From Oikopleura dioica (taxonomy: Eukaryota; Animalia; Chordata): DNA of 64,000 nt. Numbering within the stretch: the first letter of the stretch is position 1; each line of letters opens with the position of its first letter. The stretch covers positions 1,860,001 through 1,924,000 of the forward strand of contig OU015568.1 of the NCBI GenBank assembly GCA_907165135.1, read 5' to 3'. A program made the position numbers and the translations under genes. Positions 21,997 through 31,780 of the stretch are shown here, piece after piece. The notes beneath the pieces were generated by a model that made no database searches, was not told the origin of the DNA, and saw only the letters and a list, made by a program, of their open reading frames with translations.

Positions 21997-23965
21997 ATGA
22001 ATCCTTTCCTTTTCTTTTTGCCGCTGATATGCGCGCAGGTAGAGCAAAAACACATGCTGTTCCTGACTGGGGAGGTCGATGGAGAGCGATATCAACAAGG
22101 AAGCTACAGCGTTCACGTGGATGTCTTCAATAAGCCGGTTGATGGAGTTCAGATTGCAAAAGCGGCGGAAACACCTTACGGGGTCTATCAGTCTAGCGGT
22201 GTGGACTCGAACGCGCTTTTCCAGACGATTCTTGCTTCGTTTACTCGATTGGAAGAGGCTGAGTTTGACTACGAACGACACATTTTCTGCCAAGGGCTCT
22301 AGAATCGCTAAAACAGAATAAATCTATCGAGGCGCGAAAAACTTTCGATTCTAGAGCCAATTTCAGCCATGGAGATCTTTGTCGAGTTCTCGATCAAATG
22401 TTACTCGAATATCCAGTTTACGCTGAGCTCCTGGACCTTGCCGGTATTTTCTACATGGGTCACATGACCGTTCCTCTTGAACGATTTGAACAAGGAGTCC
22501 TGAAGACCGACTACTTGGAGGGCGTTAGAAAATTCTACTGTGTCGGCCAGTATGATGGCAAATTCACGGTGGCTTCTGCTGCGAGAGCGTGGAACTTCAC
22601 TCAAGCAGTTCCAGACAGCTGGTTCGGGATCACTTTTGGCGGACGGCACAGACATTTTGGCGAGGGAATGAACTTTGTGATGGACGATATTGAGATTTTT
22701 GAAACGTCGAATACTGAATCAACCGTTCATGGAAAATTGAGAGAGGTTTTCAATCAACGAAGACTTTGTGTGTATTTTTAGTATTTTATGTTTTTCCTGT
22801 TCAACTTGCAAGATCGACTGGAACTCGAGCAGAGCTACTTTGATGCTGAAATTCGACCTATCATGTGAGAACAAACTTTTGCCTTTTCATAAATTTTCTT
22901 TTGAGGAATGAGCTGGCGATGGAACGAAGATTTACAACTCTCGAAGGCGATCTAGATAACCCAGATCAATCTCAAATCGAAGTTCCGCTCAATCCTCAAA
23001 TACAAAAAATGTTTTGCGAGGATGCGATTGAATCCATTCCTGGACGATCTTGTGTTGTTGAGCACGAGGTATCGCTATAGAAACTCAGATATGAGATGAT
23101 CTCGTGTTTTAGTGGCGACCAGAGTATGGAGTAGGTGATGGAGAAGGAAGTGATTACGAAGACATCGCAAATTCAAAACCAAAAGTCAGATATGATGAGC
23201 AAAATGATGCAATGATCATCGAATCTTACAGGATAAGTTTATGATTCAAAAACCATAATACATTCTAGTTTTGCTTCATATAAATTTTTTTTTTTATAAT
23301 TCATAAATTCTGAATTCATAGCTAATAAAAATGTGTGATATAAAAAAAGCTGACCCATAGAAAAAACTCAATAAAGTCACGATTACCATCAACCGCACCC
23401 TGGTTACACCTTCCCTCCACCAGGAACCCTCGGAAACGCTTCGAGCATCGACCTCGTCTTCAAATTCAAAAACCGAAAGTTCATCGCCCGCGCTGCCGGC
23501 ATCTCCGACTGGGAGTCCGTCCCTGAAGGTAACAAATTTCTCCCACCCATTTTTCATTTATTCTAGATACCTGCGACGAAATCATTCAACTCTTCGAAGC
23601 TCAAGCGCTCCAGACTTTGGCTGAATCGAAAAATGGCGCTCAACACTTGGAAAAATACGCACAATATGGATGCCAGCACAAGCTTGTTCCTGAACGAGAT
23701 ACATTCGGGATCTTCTGGCTGAACTCTCCGATGAAATACGAGTACAAGGATGGAAAACTCGAAATGGAACCGAATCGGTTTTATACCGACGAAACAAATA
23801 CTCCCGAAGAAAATCTTGGTAAGACAATTTTTTGCTCTAGAAATAGATGGGATTTTTTTAGATCGACTTGGAGGTATGCTCTACTGTCGGGTAGTTGGGC
23901 CGGCTAGATTTATCGAATGGATTCTTGTCGACAGCTTCAGAAGACGAAATTTGAGACTTTGTTGA
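21997..23965 (+). CDS. Secreted protein of unknown function, multi-exon with GC-AG/GA-AG introns
   Basis: Signal peptide MNPFLFFLPLICA. ORFs 21997, 22398, 22865, 23617 and 23750 link in frame using introns 22296-22354 (GC-AG), 22732-22812 and 23232-23376 (GA-AG) plus GT-AG introns. The protein ends GGMLYCRVVGPARFIEWILVDS...*. Confidence 0.65.
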
Positions 23966-24207
23966 TGATTTTTTTGCTTTTTTCGTTTGAAATAAATAAA
24001 TTGTCGGACTTTGAAAGGGTATTTTTTGTAAGAATTTTGGACATTGAAGTTGGAGAAAATGGCGAGTTTACAATTTTAGGTTGAATTTGTAAATAACAGT
24101 TCACTGGCGTTTGGCGGCGCGGTGACCTTATGTCGCGATGAAGCTGGTGGTGGCGGTGGTTGGTGTGGCTCTTTTGTGCCGGTGCTCCAACTTTGCGGCG
24201 GCGGAGG

Positions 24208-24221
24208 CGATGACGTCATCG
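24208..24221. promoter_or_regulatory. Perfect 14-bp palindrome containing a CRE (TGACGTCA) in a GC-rich promoter-like island
   Basis: cgatgacgtcatcg lies within GC-rich 24105-24280, upstream of a + strand gene cluster. Confidence 0.5.
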
Positions 24222-24719
24222 GTTCCCGGATCTAATACTAACTCGGCCCTCTCACACACAACTCTCGCGCTCTTCTCATTCTACCACTCTTTTTGTCTCT
24301 TTTTCTTCGACTTTCATATTTAAAAAAATTTAAGTCTGGTTTAGAACCGATATTGAAGTCGGATTTTTAAAAAATATTTGATCAGAGAAAACAATAGGGG
24401 AAAATAAGAGAAGCAAAAAAAAAAGTGGAATGTCAAAAACTTTACTCAGACAGATGAGAGCTTTAGATTCATGCTAACACTGTCTGGTAAAGATGTTGAA
24501 ATTTCTGACCGCTCGACATTTATTTTTCTTGTTCATTGAATAAAGTTGTTGAAGGATTGATTTAACAATGGATTAATGAACATTGCGTCAAAATCTTGTT
24601 GAATGTTTTCGTGGAGCATTTTCTTCGACCAGTTTTGCTGGGATTCGTGTCATTGAAATTCCAGAAATTCGCCTAAAAAGAGACATTTTCTTTGCATCAA
24701 GATCATTGCTTTCAACAAG

Positions 24720-27157
24720 AACGCTTTGCTACAAGAACCTGCAAACATGGCATTAAAAAAGAAACAAGCAAGCACTCTGAAATGTCGAAGTGTCGGAGGA
24801 GAAGTCATGATGAGGATTGTCATAAAAGAGCTTCCTTACCGTACTTTACAAAAAGATTTTTTTTTTCAAAGATCCCTCGCAATGATTATCGAAGAGGAAA
24901 ACGAGAAGATTCCGAGTTCGATTAAAATTTCGACCAGAATTCAGGTATGTAAGTTTGGGTGTCGAAAGAATTGACAGAAACAAAGTGTCTCGATTGCGAC
25001 TGCATTGGGACTTTGAGAAAAAAGGGGAGAAAAGTTTACTTGTTGCCCGAAGAAGTGCTGTCAACTCGAAGCATTCGCACTCAAGTGTATGATTTAAAGA
25101 ATTCTGAAAAGGAGAAAACATGGAAGAAAAAAGTGACAGCGAAAACGAGCCTTGCAAAACACGGAAACGCTACGAATAATCAGCTAGGCAGTTATCTCAC
25201 ACTTGGTTCAATTTTCTGGACCACAATCATTCTCATAAGTGCTCTTTTTATTCTTATTTTTAATTAAAAAATATTTTCAAAAGCGAATTTCCAGTCATTA
25301 AAAGAATCTCGTGGCGTTACGACCTTTCTGACTTCGACCTGTCATCGAAACTACAAGAAGTGCGTCCGGACCGCGACAATGGATTATTGTGGCCATTTGA
25401 TGAAACAGTGCCACGAAACCGAAGAGTTCATTCTTCCTGAGCCAATCTCACCAGTTCAACAACTCGAAGCTGCTCCCCTCGTTTTCTCAAAAGAAGAGAA
25501 CCAAATCAATCTCCGCCGCTGTCAAAAGAAACAGTTTTACGACAAGAATACCTGCCGCCATCTTTGCTCGACAACGCTCGTTCTGGAATCAACCAAAGCG
25601 AGACCAATTTCGCCTTGTGAATCGATTTGTTTTGAACTGACTAGAATTTCAAAAGCGGCTGGAGACATTTGTCCGACTCAAAAGTACTGCCGCAGCGGTT
25701 GTCCTTGTCCTTATTATGAATGTGAAAAGATCAAATCGCGGCAGACAATGACTCCTGTTTTCGATTTAAATTCAAAGGCTTCAGAATCAATACCTGATGC
25801 TATTAAAGATTCAATACGTAATTCAACTGGTGACATTAGCTTAATTACAGCTCGTTGGGAAGAGCGAAATAATGAAGCAATAAAATTTCGAAAATTGGCG
25901 TTTTCTGATTTCAATGGAAATTTTGAGCCGATTAGCATTCCAGATTTATTTCTTACTTACGAACGTTATTGTTGATTTAACTCTTAATTTATAAAATCGG
26001 ATCAATAAAAACTTACAAGTCAATTGGAGCAACCTTTCTCAATGGCGAGCACTATTTGGTCGATGCAATCGGAAATTTGCTGAAAGTCAAAGAAAATGGC
26101 GAGCGTCCAATATTTGTTAAGAATCGTCTAAAGAAAAAGTAGGGTCCCCTTAATCGAATGATTCTATTAATTAAGTGGGTTCTTTGTTTTTCACTTTGGT
26201 TCGTCGATCGGAACCCATTATATTGAAATTCGTCATAAAGAAAAAGACACCAAGATTTTTCCCGTTGTCGTTATCTGAAAAAGGTCGAAAGTAAGACACT
26301 CTCGCTTCCTGATTTACTATGTACTCATTCTTTTGACCAGTGAAAAGTTCTCCCACTGGACGAGCAGATAAATGCTATTATTATGCACCCGACTATAGTT
26401 TAAACCGCTTTGAAGAGGCTCAAGGGTACATTGCGAGTAACCATTTCAGCGCGAAGGTGTCTTCAATCAGTTTCAAAGGCGTTTTCTATTTGATGAGTGT
26501 TAAAATGGGCGACCACTACATCAAACTTTCAACGACTGTTGCCTTGAACTCGATTCGAAAAACCGAAGAACAAGAAAAAGGATGGAAGAAAAGTGATATT
26601 CGTCTTCCTGTAGAATTCGAGTATTTAGATCCTGTTCATATTGTTCCCCTGACAAGAGTTGAAATTGATAGTGAAGATTTATTAAGTCTAAAAAAAAATT
26701 TAACTCGTAAAAGTCTGATCAAGGAAGACTCCTTCTTTTCTTGGTCACAAGGAGTATCGCGCTTTCTAACACTTTGTATTCAGTTTTAATGGAAGCGGAT
26801 GGAAAGTTCCTTACTCTCGGCAGCGAGTGGATTGGTTCTCTGGTTGAATACGAAGAAGAATCCATCTGTTTTTCGAAGTTGTATGCCTCGGATGCAGGGG
26901 TCTAAATAGAGAAGTCGAATAAAGACTTAGTCAAGCCAAGTCTCAGTCTAAATCTAGACTTTTTAGTCTAGTCATATTTAGAACTTTGCTCAGATGATCG
27001 AAATTATACAGATCAATTTGCATTCAACAATGACGAATGCGAGTACTTTGCAAATGGAATCATCAATGACGAGAAATTATTTTTGCAAAATTACGTTTTT
27101 GATGCTACATTTGAAGTTGAATTTAACTTTGCAAAGGATTTAAAAATAATAAAATAA
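24720..27157 (+). CDS. Orphan protein with a Cys-rich block and degenerate beta-propeller-like region; start uncertain
   Basis: ORFs 24726, 24959, 25379 and 26340 can be joined, including a probable GC-AG intron 25188-25283. Motif CPTQKYCRSGCPCPYYEC; stop at 27155-27157. Confidence 0.45.
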
Positions 27158-27219
27158 CTTGAGCGACCAATTAGTCTAGTATAATTCGCCGACCGTGAAA
27201 ATGTTCAGTTCTATTAGTA

Positions 27220-27322
27220 GATTTCGGCAGAACGTTTTCGGTTTGGAGCCATCTTCAGTGCCTTGAATTCAAACCTCTTTGAAATCTTGATGGTTCCAAA
27301 CCGAAAACGTTCTGCCGAAATC
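27220..27322. repeat. 103-bp hairpin / mini-MITE with TA flanks
   Basis: 34-bp arms GATTTCGGCAGAACGTTTTCGGTTTGGA(G/A)CCATC with one mismatch. TA on both sides. Confidence 0.85.
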
Positions 27323-27327
27323 TACAA

Positions 27328-27927
27328 ATGAAACTCAACATTTATCACCAAGACCGTGAAAATAGATAAATCTAAAAAGAACGAATCGAGCTTGAGTTTG
27401 TTCAGCGAAAATCTGAAAAGAAAATGCACGTGACGAGCAATCCTTTCTTTGCCTTCCACGACGATGTTTTCCCGGCTTTCGCAAAAAATACCGTCTCTCA
27501 AAAACAATTTCCAGCCACCACGCATCACAAGACAATTGTTGCTGGTGAAATCGAAGATAAAACATCAGATCAAACAACAGTTTTTTCAACGCTGGGAGAA
27601 TTAAATCACATCTCAACTGTTGAAATGAAATTCGACGGAACTGATATATTCCAATTCGAAGTCGACATTAATGCAAATATTGACGGCTTAAAGGAAATTG
27701 AAATTCTTGAATGCAATTTCTTCGATGAAACGACTTTATTTCTTTTTGGACTTTCCGACAATGGCTCCTTCTGGATCGAATCTGATTATTTTGCTCAACG
27801 CGTTTATTTGGCATTAAATCAATTAGAATCACAAGAGCAGACAATCTTTTTTGTGATTAATATTGCTAACTCAACTGACTCAGTTGACTTAAATAAGATG
27901 GAAATTTTTCAGGAAATTTTGAGTTAA
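27328..27927 (+). CDS. Acidic orphan protein
   Basis: The 167-aa ORF extends upstream through a short exon (MKLNIYHQD). No domain recognised. Confidence 0.45.
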
Positions 27928-28002
27928 ATATTCTTCTGATATGAAATACAATTATTTTAATTCAAATAGTATGTCGATAAAAAACTGGATGATTCATCAA
28001 CG

Positions 28003-29452
28003 ATGTCAATCGTCGGACTTCAGAGCGTTGAAAGACGGAAAGTCCGTATATTAAAGCTTGACCACATAACGAAAGTGAAGAATTTCGTCTGCATTCAAGC
28101 AACTTTCCAGATGACAATTTTGCCAATTCAGTATGATGATAATAAGCCTTACGCATTGCTGCCCGATGGGTCAAGAATAAACAATATATTCGCCGAAAGG
28201 GATGGGAATAAACCGGAGAATAATCAAAAATTCTTAATAAAATACATAATTATAAAAATTGATCTGCATATGAAGACTTCAATATAAGAGCGAATAAAAT
28301 TTTAAGAGACTCAATCGACCTTCATAAGGATAGTTGGCAATTCTTCTTGAACAGTCCATATAATTCCAAATGGGACATTTATTGGTATGTTTATGACTCC
28401 AAAACTTCACTCGTCAATGGTCTACATTATATTTTTGGAGGACAGTCTGATGGCTTCAAGGTTATATTAAATAAAGATGATAGAAATAAAAATAGCTTTG
28501 ATATTATAGATAGCGCGACTGGATGGTTGTCGATTCAAAGAATTATATTTTAGACTTCCTTATGAATGTAAATTTGGACATTCAGCACTTTCTATCAACA
28601 ATGGCAGTAAAGGTTTTCTATCTGAAAAAAACTTGAAGAACAACTAGTATTCTTAGCGGTTATTTGTTTTGGCTACGGGTATGAAAATGATTCTAAGTGT
28701 GCAATATTCACTGGATCAGCAGTTAGAAGAAGCAGATTTCAATCGAAATACACGCACACTAACGGCGCTATGAGTCACTACAAGGATCGTGTGATTGTAA
28801 TAGCTGGAGATGATTGGTTAGGATACGATGATGAATATGGATTAGTTGAAGTTTTTTACGAAAGTGGATGGGAGTATTTTGAACACTTGAGACATCCAAG
28901 GTTCACTTAATAAAAATCTATGAAAAAAAATTTTAGACGTTTGACTCGATTCTCGGCAGTTGGACTACCTCGTGGAAGTACTTTAACAATTGGTGGACGC
29001 GATCAAAAAGCATTTTCTGATGAATTGAATGAAATCTGGCGACTCAAGAGCGATAAATGGTCGATGATCGGGTCAATGTTCAAGGAAATCATTTTTTTCC
29101 ATAGTTGCTTTTCGAGCTTGAATTTTACGTTTTTATTATAGGCAGTTGATTTTCCTGTGGCAATTTTAATGGATAATTTTATTTACGTTTTTCCTGGATT
29201 TATTGACGGAGAATACTCAAGTATTCAAAGAATAGATCTAGGTCAATGCTCAAAAATCTCTCATTTCTTTATGAACTGAAAATCGCCACAAGGCCCTTAT
29301 GATAAGGTAAGTTTCCATATTATGAATTTTTGAGCCCCATAAAAGAATCAGACAAGAAAATGTTTAAATCTCAGGTAATTGCAGAGCAAGGATTTCAAGT
29401 ATCATCTGTCGTTATTCTTGTTATGCCTGTTAATTCGCTTACAAACTGTTAA
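28003..29452 (+). CDS. Divergent Kelch-like beta-propeller protein
   Basis: Repeats VNGLHYIFGG, VIVIAG, TLTIGG...IW and FIYVFPG across short introns, including GA-AG 29085-29141. Ends ...LTNC*. Confidence 0.65.
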
Positions 29453-29595
29453 TTATTTTTAAAAATAAAATAAATCTCTTTGAATTTTGTTAAAATATAT
29501 TTTTTATTGTCTTTTTAAATTTATTGAACTCAGAAATATTTATTTCGTTTTAAAATAGAGTCTTCTTTATAATTTCCAATATGTTTTTGCAATTT

Positions 29596-29889
29596 TTAAT
29601 TGTAATACTCCAGCCCGAGACGGTCAACATGTTCATCGTTGAACCCATGATCCCACATATTTTCGAATATTTGATCAGCACCTTTTTCTAAAATCAAACG
29701 TTCTTAAAACCTAAGATAGCTTTGGTTTAGACCTGTTGATCCCGGCATAACGACCATGTTCCGTTTAAAAATAGAATATGGTGATTGACGATCTGCAAAA
29801 TGCACCATGGCATAAACAGATAAAATAAGTAAACTAGAAGATATTTTAAGTATTATTTTGATCTCTTTTCCCTACTGTGAAAGTATCAT
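29596..29889 (-). CDS. 68-aa secreted peptide precursor-like gene (not in the ORF track)
   Basis: GT-AG introns of 42 nt (29834-29875) and 45 nt (29688-29732) give MILSHLLILSVYA-MVHFADRQSPYSIF-KR-NMVV...GLEYYN*. Confidence 0.6.
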
Positions 29890-30296
29890 TTTCTTGTTTT
29901 TTATCTTTTTTTTTGGGTGATCCATTGATGTTTTTGGAGAATATATGAAGTCCAGAAATTTATTATTTAGCGCCGCAAAGTGTTCATGCTGGCCGCAAAA
30001 GATACCATTCATTCTGATACACAAAGAAAAAGCATCAAATTGAACATGGTATATGAAACTTATTGGTAAATAGTTAAACATGAAATTATCTATCTTTTTC
30101 AATGTGAAAATGCTTTAATTGAAGAATTTTGATAAGAACTTATGGGAAACTACTATTCGCTACAGATTTTTCTGGACCTATTTTTCAAACCGAAGGGTAT
30201 TCGAGTAATAATTTAGGGTATCTGGCTGGGCCAAACCAAATGGCCGTAGAAACGGCCCCTTATTTCAAAGGGGTGTAAAGAACTTCTAAGAAAGTA

Positions 30297-30351
30297 AAAT
30301 TTTAGAGAGCCCACCAGCCGGAGATCATTTTGACTTTTGATAGTGGGGGAG
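30297..30351 (+). repeat. Dispersed repeat fragment, copy 1
   Basis: aattttagagagccc...gatcattttgacttttgatagtgggggag matches 61815-61869. Confidence 0.6.
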
Positions 30352-30785
30352 GAGAAAAGATATTGAAAATCAAGGAAAGTATCTTTAAATAAGGGGTTAA
30401 AACTATTAATTAGTTTCCGTCTGGTCGCCAAACTCAGTTAATAAATTTCCTTCAATTTTAATTTTTGATATTTCCTAAACCCTAAGAGCTTATTTTTAGA
30501 ACTGAGTCCTTAATATCGCGGTTAATAGACACAATAAATCATTCATCTTTTTAAAGAATCAGTCTCAAATTAGAAGTCTTCTTTCTATCTAATGAGAGCC
30601 TCTGTTTGACTTCGAAATAAACTCTCAAAAAAATTTTCAAGACAAATTTTGAATAAGTTAGTAGTGTTTTATTGAGGCTGCAGGTTATATTCTCATGCAT
30701 AGAATAACTGTTTTCTTGGCACAGATAAACATAACATTATAAATAAAAAAATGATCCAACACAGATGTTATAAATTAAGATAAAT

Positions 30786-31780
30786 CTAGCGAATTAGCAA
30801 CAGTAGAATAATCACGAGGAGAAAGATGAACAGCAGGAAAGCAACGAGGTAGAGCCACTTGTAGCTCGTCTGGCGAGATCTGGCTCGACGACGTCTGGCA
30901 GACAGCGGGCTGCCGACGCGCTCGGAGCCAGATGAGTGGGAGGATGCGCCAAAGCGTTTTTGGAATGAAGCGCTAAATCTAGAAAGAAAATCATTATAAG
31001 TTGATCAAAACGAATCAAAAAGACGCCTTTTATGTCTTAGCCAATCAAAAATCTTCAATTCTCAAAATAGTCAATGAAAGATGAAGATCGCCTTGGAGTA
31101 GAAGACAACTTACATATTGAGTCGCTGGTTCATTTTTCTGCCAAAAGTCGGCCTGTCAGTATAAACAGTATCGTTTGTCAATTTTGACTCTACTGACAAT
31201 TTCCGCGATGGAGTGAGGTCTGAAAGGGTTCTCGTCTGACTCTTTGTCCGTTCCTGGAAGTATTTAATCATTCATTGTAGACATAAAAGGCTTACTGTAT
31301 GAGCACTTTGTAGCGTGGAAGTAGCATGGTTCGGCGCCAACAGCCAACGAGTAGAGGGGTTGTAATCAATTTCAGCGGGCCGCTTTCGTGGCTTTTTCCA
31401 GCTGGCAGCTCTGCTTACACGACTTCAAAGATAAATCATTAGTAAAAAAAGATGATCCTTTTGCTTGGGTGTGGGAAATCTGACAGTTTTTTGGGTGAAA
31501 AGGGGAAAATCTCGTTTATGATTTCCTACCAAAGGAATAAAAGCCCTTCAGCGTAAACCCAATCAATTTCACCCAACCCAGCTTGATGTCTAGAGTCTAG
31601 ATCTATTTTTACCGAGGGGGTTGATGCTTTTGGGACTCTCGGTTTTCATGATCTTCTTCTTTTTCCTGTTGAGTCTCAACGGAAAACGATGTTTCTTCTC
31701 TTTTTTCACGAAGCGTTACAGATGGAGACTTTTTCGATGCATTCAATAAGGCTAAAGGCTTGTTTGGAGGCGGCAAGGGT
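30786..31780 (-). CDS. Low-complexity tail-anchored membrane protein (3' exons; 5' end uncertain)
   Basis: GT-AG-linked exons end ...ARRRRARSRQTSYKWLYLVAFLLFIFLLVIILLLLIR*. Confidence 0.5.

Noticed and set aside
24138-24323. ORF MKLVVAVVGVALLC... resembling a signal peptide
   Set aside because: It lies in a GC-rich promoter-like island and runs into a pyrimidine tract. No downstream exon could be linked; not excluded.
25188-25267. Apparent C-terminal TM helix of ORF 24959
   Set aside because: More likely read-through of an AT-rich GC-AG intron (25188-25283) that joins in phase to the next ORF.
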